In this document: positions 39,501 through 51,272 of the stretch, one piece after another
How positions within the stretch are numbered: the stretch's first letter is position 1
How the letters are laid out: each line of letters opens with the position of its first letter
DNA from: Selaginella moellendorffii
Lineage: Eukaryota > Plantae > Lycopodiophyta
Direction: 5' to 3'
Length of the DNA: 64,000 nucleotides
Assembly: GCF_000143415.4 (NCBI RefSeq)
Contig: NW_003314317.1
Location: 536,138 to 600,137, forward strand
The notes under the pieces: model-generated
The model's input: only the letters and a program-made list of their open reading frames with translations
Databases searched by the model: none
Told to the model about the DNA's origin: nothing
Program-made: the position numbers and the translations under genes

Positions 39501-42110
39501 GCGCACTGGTGGCGCGTCGAAGAAGGACAAACAGACAAGCAATAGGAAAACAGGAGGTACAAATTATATTTGCAATGGCGTGTGGTCTCATGCCATTCCT
39601 TGCAGGAGACACTTCTTCAAAGGCAAAACAGGCAAGCACCAGCCAAGCTCAAACTGACAGTGGTCATAAAAAGCGAAAGCACGTTGGACAGTCGTCGGGA
39701 TCAGAGGCGTTTGATTCGAAAAGGAAGAAGGGTAACGAAAAGATGATAGGTAATGCCTCGCGGTTATGGCGTGTGTGCTCATGCCATTCATTGCAGATCA
39801 AGGGCTGAGTGAAAGGAGCCAGTCACCACCTTCTGACTCAGATTCCTATGGTGGACTCCCCTTCCCCAATCTCAATGGAGAGGTACAATGGATGAGGGAT
39901 GCTTTTCAAGTCAGGGCCACGTTTTTCTCATCTCGTCGTCTTCGAAGGGTGCAAGAACGTGCAGAAACCATGTTAAGACAGTCGGGTGAGGATACGGTCC
40001 TAGGTCACGCACTAAAACAGGCTATGGATGTCTTGTATTTTGAGATGGAGACTCGGCCAGATGATTTTTCCAAGATGGTCCTGGAAAAACAAGCAATCCA
40101 GCCTGAGCAGCCTATGGAAGAAATGCAAGAGGGGGATGAGGAGCCAGAGAAAGATAATGAGCAGGAAGAGCAGAAGGACGAAGAGGAGGACGAAGAAGAG
40201 GAGGACGAAGAAGAGGAGGACGAAGAGGACTTGGATGGTCCTCACAATGGTGACGATCACAATAACGACGATGACGATGATGACGATGATGGCCAGCCTG
40301 AGGTGGCCAAAGAGCAGCGGAGGAAGGTCATACAAGACAAACCATCAGGTAAATAATAGTACATCCATTCCTAACCTTTTACCATTTCTAACATTGTCCA
40401 TGTAGGTCGCAGAAGAAATGGTAAGTAGAGATTATTCAGTTGAATTAAGATACAAACTCTAGCCTTTAGTGTCGAGGAAGGATAGTGCCAAGCAAGGGTC
40501 GAAACGTATGTCCAATCCTTCAGAATCAGCAGTGCGCCCAAGTGATATCGGTCCTAGTTCCTCAATAGCAGTTGATGGTAAATACAGTATAGTCGATTCA
40601 ATGTGCTAATGAGTTTGTTTTTAGTAGCACGGGAGGATACCATCTCAATCGAAAGGAGATATTTGGACATGCATATGGATCCGCCAGTGGACTCTACTTG
40701 CCTGCAAGAGTCATCAGAGCTGGTGGAGGCTACTATCCATATCAACGCCAAGCAAGCTGACCACGCTCCACTTGATGCTGCCCATACCACTGAGTCAATC
40801 TTGTCCACGTATCCAACTGACGGTGACCAGGCGCCATTGGACCCGCATGAGGCCGCCCCAGCCGCCGAGCCGGTCGTATCCTCATTTCCAACGTGTGCCC
40901 AATCGTCTGACTACGCGCCGTTGGAACCTCCCTACACCGCCCCTGCTGCCTGTTCGGTCATGTCCACTTTGCCAACGGAGGCACCAGCTGAAATGGCGTG
41001 TGATCACACGCCATCGGAACCACCCCATGCCACTGTTGAGCCAGTTGTACCAGAGTCTACAGCTGAAATGGCATGTGCCCACACGCCATCGGATGCGATT
41101 GACCCCACATTGCAGAGGAGAGTATTTCCGCCCTTCACGTTTCCTCGACCAAAACCCTCTGAACGACCATCGGGAGCACCATTCGCTAATATTGTAGATG
41201 GTAAAATTGACTTGTACCATTTTTTATGCTAACGCATTTCATTTCAGAGTCACGGCGAAAGTACTGTATCGTTTTTGATCTGAACGGTGTCCTTTTCTCC
41301 CATGAGCGTGGCTCGTCCTCGAATGTCACTGCACCCTCCAAAGCCTGCGGTCGCAAGTTGGTCAAAAGAAACAGATTCACATTAATCACACGGGAGAAAC
41401 TGCGGGATCTAATAATGACCATGCGACACTTAAAACAGAGGGCCGGGTTCAATTTGCAATTGGGAGTTTGGACATCCATGATGCGCCACAATGCATTAAC
41501 GTTGCTACAGATGATGCACGATCAGACGCGAGTAATATTACCATTTGACTTTCTCCTAACGCAGGAGGATTGCTTGACTATGGTCCATGTGAGGGGTAGC
41601 AAGCCCATCTTCGTCAAGCCAGAGGCTGTAGTGATGAACCGGACTGCTAGGTCAAGTGAAATCCTCATCATCGATGACTCGCCGATTAAAACTGCAGCGA
41701 ACACGCACACATATGCAGTGCACCCCATCTCTTGCAGTATGGAAACTAGGGAGAAGAAACCGTATGTTCTGGGGGACCTTGCAAAACGGCTTGAAGCAAT
41801 GGTGATAGAGAACCGGCCAGTCCAGGAGGTGGCTGCAGAAATCAACCAAATGGCAGATGGAACGGTATATCAGAAGCCATTTGATCGGACAGACACCAGT
41901 CATCATTTATGGCATGTATATTGTCTAGCCAAGCACTATCCGCATCTCCATAATCTGCTCAACCGGATGGGTTCTTCGACCACTGAACATGAGCGTGGAC
42001 GTATTAGAGAAGAGATGGCATTACTATTGGGTTTAAATCCTGATAGTGTGGAGAGTGATGAAATTCCAAGATTATTGTATAGGCGTTGGAGGCAAAAAAT
42101 AACAGTCTGA
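36520..42110 (+). CDS. Transposon cargo gene, ~1630 aa, 11 exons: ParB/Srx-like domain, degenerate N4/N6-MTase-like domain, acidic tract, FCP1/NIF-like HAD phosphatase
   Basis: ATG|GTAAGT at 36520. GT-AG introns at ~36523-36761, 37941-37994, 39304-39353, 39429-39484, 39557-39605, 39750-39796 and four more keep one frame. Motifs TIDVSRI..HRLVSDEWVEKLKQKM..FYAVSGQHS; KGKCVVEYNCGGLFFRAALLKGVPCVAV; IVFDLNGVLF..LGVWTS..ILIIDDSPIK. Confidence 0.75.
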
Positions 42111-45100
42111 GATGGCATGTATTTATTTAAAAATGTAACTTATTATGGCATGGGGTTCCATGCCATTGTATTAATATTAAAAGACAATTCTTTGAGAGGA
42201 TTTGCATTATACTAGAAGTGTTACAGCATGTTATTGGAAGTCTACGAAGTTGTTTTATTAATAAGGGGAAAGTAAAGATTGAATGGGGACTTGGGCTCCA
42301 CCTAGACTCGGAGCAACTGAGCCAATATTAAAAGGATGGAAAGAAATTGGACGACAATGACAAGGAGAAGAGAGAGGTGAAGCAGTGAGAAGTGATTGAG
42401 TAGACATTTCCTTGTTTAAAATAAAATGGCATGTGCCTCAATGCAGTTGAATTTTGTTATATTTATATACTATATAAAGGTTTGGAAACCTTATTTTACA
42501 AGTGGGATAATGACAATTCCCACTTTAACGAAATAGAGCTTAGTGGTTCTCTCCTTTTATTGGTTTAGTTCTCGCTAAACCTCTTAGAGACCCTTCTCTA
42601 AGTCAATCCCACTACTCCTTCTTGAGTAGTCTCAATTTCCATCTATTGAACGTTTGCACCTTGGAACTTTTACTCTTTTGACTTTTGGAAGTCAATTTCC
42701 TAGGTGTCTCCAACACCTTGCATTGCACAGATTGTGCAACTCCACTTCCCCATCCTAGGAAGTTCATTACTTGAGGGCACCATCATCCTCTCTTCTATTT
42801 TGTGCCACCTTGGGCACTAAGTTCCATTTATCATACTTTGTGCTAGGGCTGTCCATGGCCCTATCATTTGGCTACTTTACCGCTCCCTCCCTTGGAGCTT
42901 CCACTTTCGCCAAATTGGAGCAATTCGGAATCCATCCTTGGAAACACACTTCCTTTCCCGCAATTTGTTAGCGTCCAACACATTAGTGTTCATCGCATAA
43001 CTTTGTCACTTGGATTCCTTCCAAGGGATTCCACGGCCCTATCTTGGCCACTCATCTTTTGCTCCTATCCGTTGATTGTTGCACCAAGCAACATCGAATC
43101 TTTACCTCCCTCCTTGAGGTATTCTTTTGATTCCATAGCAAAGGCTCGGCTTTGCCAAGACTAGGGTGTTCACCCCTAGTAAGTCTCTTTAGCTGTGGGC
43201 TCTATCCATGGCCCAACTTTGTGACCCTCCCATGGGTCTCTTTAGAGACTACTTTCCTTGGACACATTATGCCATCGCAATGACATAGCTCATTTCCCTA
43301 AGGTGCTTTTTCCACTTGGTCACCTTGACCAAGCCACACCATCATCAATAGTTCAAATCAACACTTTGAACTAGGAACCTTATTCCTTAACCCAAACAAG
43401 GACCTTGTCCTTATTTAGCCACAAGATCACCTAGTGATCTCACCTCGGCACCTTAATAGGTTTGCCAATAGGTACTAGGTCTTCCAGACCTTTAACTTGT
43501 TAACTACGACCCCGGGGGCATCCCCCACACTTGGCGGTGCGCCCAAGCCAGCCCTTCTGGCCAAGGGTCCATAGCAACTGAGACTGGGTGTCCCCATCTC
43601 ATTCACCACGTCTTTGGTGCCACTTGCACCAAAGTGTTCAAGTTAGATATGCTAAGCCATACTAAGCAATCTAACCGTGCATCACGACTCCGAGGCATCC
43701 CTCGCTTGGCGGTGTGCCCAAACCAGTCTCCCCACTGAGAGTCCATGACCACCGAAATACGAGTGTCCTCATATTCCAAACCATCACCACGCCCTAGTGA
43801 GTTGGGACTCGAACCCAAGCACTAGAGGGTCGGGACTCGAACCCAACCTCCGTATATGCATCTACGGACGGCATCACCCAGGATGCCTGGCGTGACTCCC
43901 CACGTCGGTGCACCAACTTATACTCAAAGCGCGCTATAGATCACAGCTTAGGAACATAGTTCCTCCCCACTGCCAAGTCCTCTCACTTGACAAGCCTGTG
44001 ATCATGCATGGACTCCTCCATGCTTGGCCCCACGGCCCACCCTTTTTGAAGTTATCACCTTCAACTAGGGTATTTGTTCCTCTGACTTGCCAATCTCGCT
44101 TTGGCAAGTCCTCCGACCACTGTAACATGGTTCCTGCACAAGCGTGAAAGCCCTTGATCATCGACTTTCGTTCAAAGCCTTCTCTTTGAACACTCGGGAA
44201 CTACTTCCCTAACCTTGATAGCCTTGCCTCATGGCAAGCTTCAAGACCACGCTTCTGCTGCGCCACTCTGATTTCGCGTGTTCCTTGAACCATTTACGCT
44301 TGGCCTTTCTAGGTACTAAGCTACCTAGAATCCTCTTTGGGAACCTTGAAGGAACTCTGTCCTTTAGCTTGCTAAGGCCCCCTCTTTTTGCAAGCTTTCC
44401 AATTACCATATAGTCTAACATGGACAATTCCATATTTTAGACTCTCCATGGCATCACGGTTGCTAGCGGCAACACCCTCAAACCCCCACTTGATTCTCCA
44501 CTCCCAGCTGGCATAACCAACTTTGGTCATGCCCTTCAAATCCTATGGTTCGGTTCTATCCCCTTACTTCTTGCTTTCAGCTTCACACCTTTCCTTCGGT
44601 CATTCTCCTCTAGACCAGGAGGATAGCTTTGCACTTTCTATCATGCCTTAGCAAGTATTCTTAGGGATGAACCTACCCGATAGCCTAGGGAGTGGTTCCT
44701 CAATCTAGGTATGCTCACCCTATAATCCCACACACCGGGATTACGTTGTTGCTTACAGGTCTTTGCATGCCCATCGCTAGCCTTGCCAAAATTCCATTTT
44801 TGGCTTTTGTCCAATTCGAGTAGACAGTCTTCTCCTGTCTCCGCCACCTTGGACATTTGGATAGCACCTACTATCCATTATTCGCTAGGGACTTAGTCCC
44901 TTGGGCCTTATCTACAGCCCTTGCGACATCAAACACCACCTCCTAATGTTCTAGAGTGTTCGGGTGTCCCAATGACGGCTTCCTTGACAATAAGTATTTC
45001 CTTTTATGACATTGACTTACTATATCGCAACATAAGCAACTTATCCCCCGTAAGGGTATATCCAACTTCCTTATGCCATTAAGAAGGCTTGGGTAACTAC

Positions 45101-45137
45101 CTGCTACCCGTTTAACCAATTATTTTGCACCTCTTGC

Positions 45138-48100
45138 AAGCTCTATTTCGTTAAAGTGGGATTTATTTAGTAAAATGGGACTAGGTACAAATTTTCAAGT
45201 ATTTGAAAATGACGTGAAATTATATGTTTTTTGTCCAGGGGCTAGACATATCTGGGGCATGGTGACTAGCGCGGTGACTTTGTGTCCAGACTGAGTCCAT
45301 CTGGTTGTATAATAAATCTCATTGTCAAGGTGAACAAGCCGAATCTGAAGCTAAAGAAGAGCGATGGCATGCGCGCACACACTATTTGTTTGTTCATTGA
45401 GCGTGTGGTGAGCTTTCCAAGATGAACGTCATTCCTATTAGCCAGACATATAACTTAATGGTGAGAACATTTAGATATTATTCAATGTTATCTTTTTCTA
45501 ACGAATCTAATTGTGAAGGTGTAGCAAGAGGCATTGCTAGTCTGGAGAAGTCATTTAACTCATTTGACCCTTAGTGTATTTTCATGAAACTAAATAACAT
45601 TCATATTATTAAGGAATTTCTCTAGTACCTTTTTTTTACGACATAGAGGCTTGCATTTCTTTCAAAGGTGATTTAGTAAAAGGCCTGAGGGCACATGCCA
45701 TTCTATTTCTCAGACCGGTATTAAGATATACTAGTGCAAAGGGAAAAAGGTATTTGGTGATCAAGTAAATGGCATGAGGGCACACGCCATTATAAGCCTA
45801 AGCGCTAGTGGACACCTCCTTTTTGGTACTCTCAGCGGTACTATCATCCTTCTCCGGGTCAATTGTTTTGCTTTGGATTGTTGTCTCTGACGTTACTGGG
45901 GCGTTCTCGATAGTTGTTAATGTTGCCGTTTGTTCAGAAAAATGATCACCTGGAGTATAGTACGGGGAGTTTGGAAGACTTATATATTCTACATCTTCAC
46001 CTATCTCCTTCTCCGTCTCCTTTTCTGCCTCACTTACAGATTTTGTGCTTGCCATGAGAACGCTCTTCACCCTAAAATATGGAGTTCGTTGTGTTATAAA
46101 AGGAAACCAACACACACGCTGCAAGGGAATGATGGTACATAAAGCACGTAAGCCCACAATATGGGTTTATGTGCCATTAATATGGGCCACACGCCATATT
46201 ATTAGATTTATGCACGTGTGATTGGTAAATGCATATGTCACATCATCTTTGTTTTACCTCACACACTATATTAAGCCTAATGAACCATATCACATGTGCG
46301 CACATGCTATATATATGGAGAAGTATTATGCAAGGATAGAAATTCAATGCATGATTGTGGAGAGCAATGGCATGAAGCCACATGCTAAACAACATTTTAG
46401 AGAAAGAATTAAAATAAAAACATGCAAACAGTACTAAGTGGACCAAGACTTAGAAGTGCACAATTGAATGAGGTATTTCTAATAAATACTTCACTCACCT
46501 CATATAGGAATGGCTACCACTCTCAAATGGCGTATCGCCTCATGCCATCACCTCGCAATTTGTTATAACAATCCGATGAATTCATATTCGGCTTGTTCAC
46601 CTTGAACTTTAAGTAAGATTTGCTAGAACAACTAAGAATTTATACTTGTTATTTGTATCATCTCACCTAGGAATGGCGTAAGGCCACATGCCATCACACC
46701 TCCTCTGATTCAGATTCGGATTGTTCACCTTGAAATAAAATACATTAGAAACTTAATAAAGGAATATTAATGAATCTCACCTTGAACCCGGGTTATGAAT
46801 GCTTTTGCTGCATCTCTTGCATGGTCTGGCAAGGTGATGGTGGCACTCTGCTTCCGCATCCAACCATGCACAACATTATCCACCGATATGCTCATGCTGG
46901 GATCCCTTGGATTCAGCACCCATTTCTTTTCTAGGCAATCCTTCGTATATCCGGAACTTGGCTTGAACCACTCCACAGTTACATTGAAGGAGTTAGTTTC
47001 CGTGTCCTCCTCTGCATCAGTGATGCAGCGCCCCACCCATATCATTTGTTTTTTATTACTGGGTCTGACAAGCACGACCATTCCTTTGTAGACCTGTACT
47101 GGATTGAATGCTGAATCCGGCTTCTTGTTCCTCGGCCCACAATAGTGATCCTCAACATCGTTATCTGTCACTACATTTCCAGAGGACATTGTTCCGCTAC
47201 TATCTGGTGCTCTGGGTTCTGGCCAAAAGGACTCTTCCAATTCTTCATATACAACCGGCCCATTTTGGATAGCAGATATAATCTTCTCTCAGTATTCGAT
47301 CAAAGGCTTGCACCTCTGAAATAGGATTCTCCACCAAACACCAACCCCCTCTTCCAGAAGGCAATATGCTGTCTAATCCCGGCCACTATACTTTCCTGGT
47401 CTTTGAGTCCATCCGGGTGCATCGGCCGTGGGGAACCCTGAGGAATCATAGGTTCCCCAGTTATGGGATCTCTCTTGAAGAGTTCAATGCCGTCCATTGG
47501 CAGCCACACTGTGTCCCATTCTCTCATCTTGTACCTCATCACTGGAGCACCGTCACGCATGCTGAAATGAAACTGAAGAGGCTTGGAGTGGCCAATCAGC
47601 GTTTCGGATCTGTCCCTGATGTAGCCTCTTACAAACCCCTTAAAGTCTGGAACCTCTGTCACAAGTGTAGCTTCAACAGTGCCTTTGATGCAATTTTGGA
47701 ATTCATCGTAGAGTTGTGGGAGGGTGAGGACATTGGATCGCCGGAGGGACTCTGCCAAGTGACTGAACATGGCATCGACATCTTCATGAGTGTGCCCAAC
47801 CATGAGAAAGCCAAGTGTAACCGTTTCAAATATGCCTTTGGCAACAAGCATCGCCAAGTACGCGAAGACGTACATGTTTTTGTTCTCACTGCCAGCATTG
47901 TCTGTTTGGAGCAGAAGATGGAGTGGAAGGCCACATCGGCCGCAAGAACTTCCTTGAGATTCTGCTTCGTTTGGATGAGGCTGTGCATTCACCGGGTGAC
48001 CAGCCTCGTCGGAATGGCATGAGGCCTCACGTGATAACCCTACAATCTGACGGCCAACATATTCACTGGGATGGCATGGGGCCCCACGCGATACTGCAAG

Positions 48101-49707
48101 CCTTTGCTCCTCCTCCAGCTGAACCCTGTATGGGGTTCGATCGACAAGGGTCTTATGCAAGGGTTGGCCGTTCAGCTCAGTTTGCGCACTTTGCAGAGAC
48201 CTTAAGTGTTTTGCTAGGGACGCAATCATCATGTTTGCACCCCCGCCACCCCATAGAGGTACAAAGAAGTTCCTATAGTTCTGGGCACCATGCCCATGAG
48301 CGATTATGCCAAATAGAGACACAGGCAGCTGCATGGATGAAGAGATTGCCTTGGGGGCAGGATTGAGTCGAGGTAAGCACGTCTTTTTCTGGTTCATTTT
48401 GTCGTGGATGATGCAAAGGTAAGAGTCAGGTCTCTCCATGGAGAGAATCCTGTTATGATAATATGCAGTCCTGCAGCTTCTCTGCTCGATGTTGTGGTCG
48501 AGCCGCCTTCTAACCAACGTCTCTCGCTCTTGAGCGATGCAAGAATTCTTCGACAAAGCCATTTTGATAGCAGTGCACTCGTCACACTTTGAAAAGCTGG
48601 AGTACTTTCCTATACTCACATCCCTGAACCTGTTGCTCCACAATCTACTAAATCTAGATTGGCTCAGCTTCCTGTAGCCATTACTCTGGACTTCCCGATT
48701 CACATCTTCCAATATGGCCCCCTTGGTATACATGGAAGGGAGAACTCGTTGGGTGTCTCGAGTTCCATCTTCCAAGAGGCGGGTTTTATGTGGTTGCTGC
48801 TCGCTACATGTCTCGACAAACCTCTTGAAGATTGCCTCTCCATATACAACATGACCCCTGGTTTTGTGAGTACCGTCGTTCCCATGGACTGCCTGTTGAA
48901 CCCTTTGTTCCTCGAACTCAGTTTTGATTCTGTAGAATGTGCTTCAAGGGACTCCATAAATGATTCTCCATGCCTTCATGCAGACCAAACCCCTCTAGAA
49001 GACCATGCCCCCCACCTGATGTTCTGAAGCATCAACAGATGACCGTAATGCCTCATACACAAAATTGCGAGTTGCCTTCCAGGACAATGTCTTGTATCTT
49101 GCTCTCTCCTCTTCAATAGCATCCCAATCAGCATGTTGACAGCACCTCCTCTTGCAACAAACAACTGTCGAGACCATTCGAACCTCCATCGCCATTTTTT
49201 GCCTTTTCGGTTCGTTGCTCAGATCCCTTTGGCTGCGCTTTAGGAAGGTGTACTTTCTTTTCCCATGAAGAGATGTTCTGTCATCAGTTGTAGTGGTGTT
49301 TGATTATGAATCCTTCACATTCTCAAACACTAAGTGCCTCAATTTCCACCACACAATGCTTCCAATAGTCAGACTGTTTTCTTCTGTGTCAACAACTTCT
49401 AAAATCGCAACTCCAATATCATCCCAGCCCAATTCTTGATTAGCAACCGCATCTCTTGGATCGACAACTGTGGCTAAGCCCTCAGCTACCACCTCCCCCT
49501 CGGGGTTGTTTAGAAACACCTTTGCCTGAATCCATGTAGCACGGTTTTTAAGATCCACGGAGGGAACATGCGTCGCACTTGCGGAGGCCATTTTGAAAGT
49601 GCAGAAAAGAAGTTAAGACCATACAAAAAATGATTGGAGAATGGCCTAAATCATAACATACCAAACAACCTCAATAGCATGAGGCCACATGCCATTATTC
49701 AAACATG
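45138..49707. mobile_element. Second copy of the Sola-like transposon (left TIR to transposase 5' region), interrupted by chromovirus C
   Basis: Starts with the same TIR. Near-identical to 29114-33503. Confidence 0.92.
46767..49591 (-). pseudogene. Disrupted Sola-like transposase
   Basis: Frameshift at ~47320, stops at ~48995 and ~49304, and a ~240-bp N-terminal deletion relative to 30319-33387. Confidence 0.88.
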
Positions 49708-51272
49708 TGTAAGCCACAAATTTTTCCTTTCCAATTTGCCAGCTTACCTCGTCTATCCGTCCAACACCGCCTTGGCCTTTACTAAGTTCCCTTGCCAAGG
49801 TTCTCGCCTAGGGTACCAGCTCCTACTTGGTCTCAGCTACTCACTGCACAAGCAACGGAGTGTTAGCCATCCATCCACGGATTCCCAAATCACTCCCAAT
49901 CCCCCTCCCTGGGTTAGACTGGACTTAAGGTTCGGCTACACTCCCCGCAAGCACAAGCAGCCAAGCACACCAAGCTTCCAGGTTCCTAACATCCCTTGGT
50001 ACCACAAGACTTGATCATAGGACCCTCTAAATCCCAAGTCTTGAGTGCAACACTTGCTTCGGGACGCCGGGGCGAAACACCGTGGCCTAGCGGCCCGGTA
50101 TGGGTACCTCTACCCCCCCACTTCCATCCCGAAGGAAGGCCCAAGCCCCTAGGAAGGGCGAGGACCAATGAGCCACATGGTACTCAAGTGGGGCACCACT
50201 CCACATGAGCCGAGAGCACCGCAATCGGTTTCCCTTTCGGGAGTGGGAGCTGCTCTTGAGCACTTCCTTGGATGGCCCCTCCGGCACCAGCCAAGTCCAT
50301 GCTCACTCCCACCCAAGGCCCCTCGGCCCCAATCTCAACCTCAAGTCGGTTTGGAAGCCCAATTGGAGAGTCCCCTTCAAAACTGGTTCCTGGACCTCAC
50401 TATCCCTACAAAACTTTGGGAACCCCCGGGAGCCCCCCCCCCCCCCCCCCCCCCCCCTGGGAGACGCACGCTTTGGGCTTTCACCCCTTGACCCGTATTA
50501 GTATTTGGACTTAGTCTCTGGCTCGATCTCGGACCCGATTTCGGATCCAACTTCGGATTTGGTTTCGGACTCGATCTCGGACTCGATCTCGGACCCGATC
50601 TCGGACCCGACCTCGAACTCGATCTCGGACTCGGTCTCGGACCCGATTTCGGATCTCGGACTCCGTCTCGAACTCGGTCTTGAACTCGGACTCGAACTCG
50701 GTCCCCGAGTCGGTCTCGGACTTGATTCCGGACTCTATCTCGAACTCGGTCCTAGAGTCGGTCTTGGACTCGATCTTCGACTTGGTTCCATCCGATGAAC
50801 TCTTTGTCATTTTGGTCATGCTTTCGGGGTTCCTTTAGCCTACGACACCTCGGTGAGTTGGTTCCTTACAACTCCACCACCCATAGAAGAAGTTCGATGC
50901 CCACATCGAACGTCTCATTTTATCCTACGACTTGTTGACCATGTCTCCGGGGGCATCCCCCCACTTAGCGGTGTGCCTAAGTTAGCCTCCCTGGCCAAGA
51001 GCCCATGACAACGGAATATAGGTGTCCCTATACTCCTCACCTCACCACGCCCTAGTATAGGGTCGGGACTTGAACCCAACCTTGCTTTACTAGGGGGTTG
51101 GGACTCGAACCCAACCTCCGTAGAATACGTCTATGGATTCGACATCCCCGCAGGGAGTCGGGCGTAGCTCCCTACGCCTGGTCGACCTAGCTAACCCATG
51201 CTAATTAGCTTACCTTCGGCGCGCCTTCGGGTCCCAACATATGCCATTGCTCAACTTCTCAAATTGATACTT

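Larger units (their letters stand above)
29114..42541. mobile_element. Complete 13.4-kb Sola-like cut-and-paste DNA transposon with cargo gene
   Basis: Perfect 24-bp TIRs AAGCTCTATTTCGTTAAAGTGGGA (29114-29137 and 42518-42541). 4-bp TSD AGTG (29110-29113 and 42542-42545). Empty site ATGTAGTGGTTCT in the B copy at ~57641. Confidence 0.9.
27257..45137 (-). mobile_element. Non-coding (LARD-like) LTR element B, copy 1: 3' LTR 27257-28818; internal parts 28819-29113 and 42546-45137; 5' part outside the window
   Basis: Near-identical to 55810-60121. Minus-strand PPT ATGGGTGGTGGAGT next to the LTR. Inserted in the 3' LTR of Gypsy A. Confidence 0.88.

Noticed and set aside
29340-42450. Repeated 24-bp palindrome as a CRISPR array
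   Set aside because: Spacing is irregular (tens to thousands of bp), the context is eukaryotic, and there are no cas genes.
43790-43850. tRNA genes at the B-box motifs
   Set aside because: Only T-arm-like hairpins are visible, with no D-arm, anticodon arm or acceptor stem.
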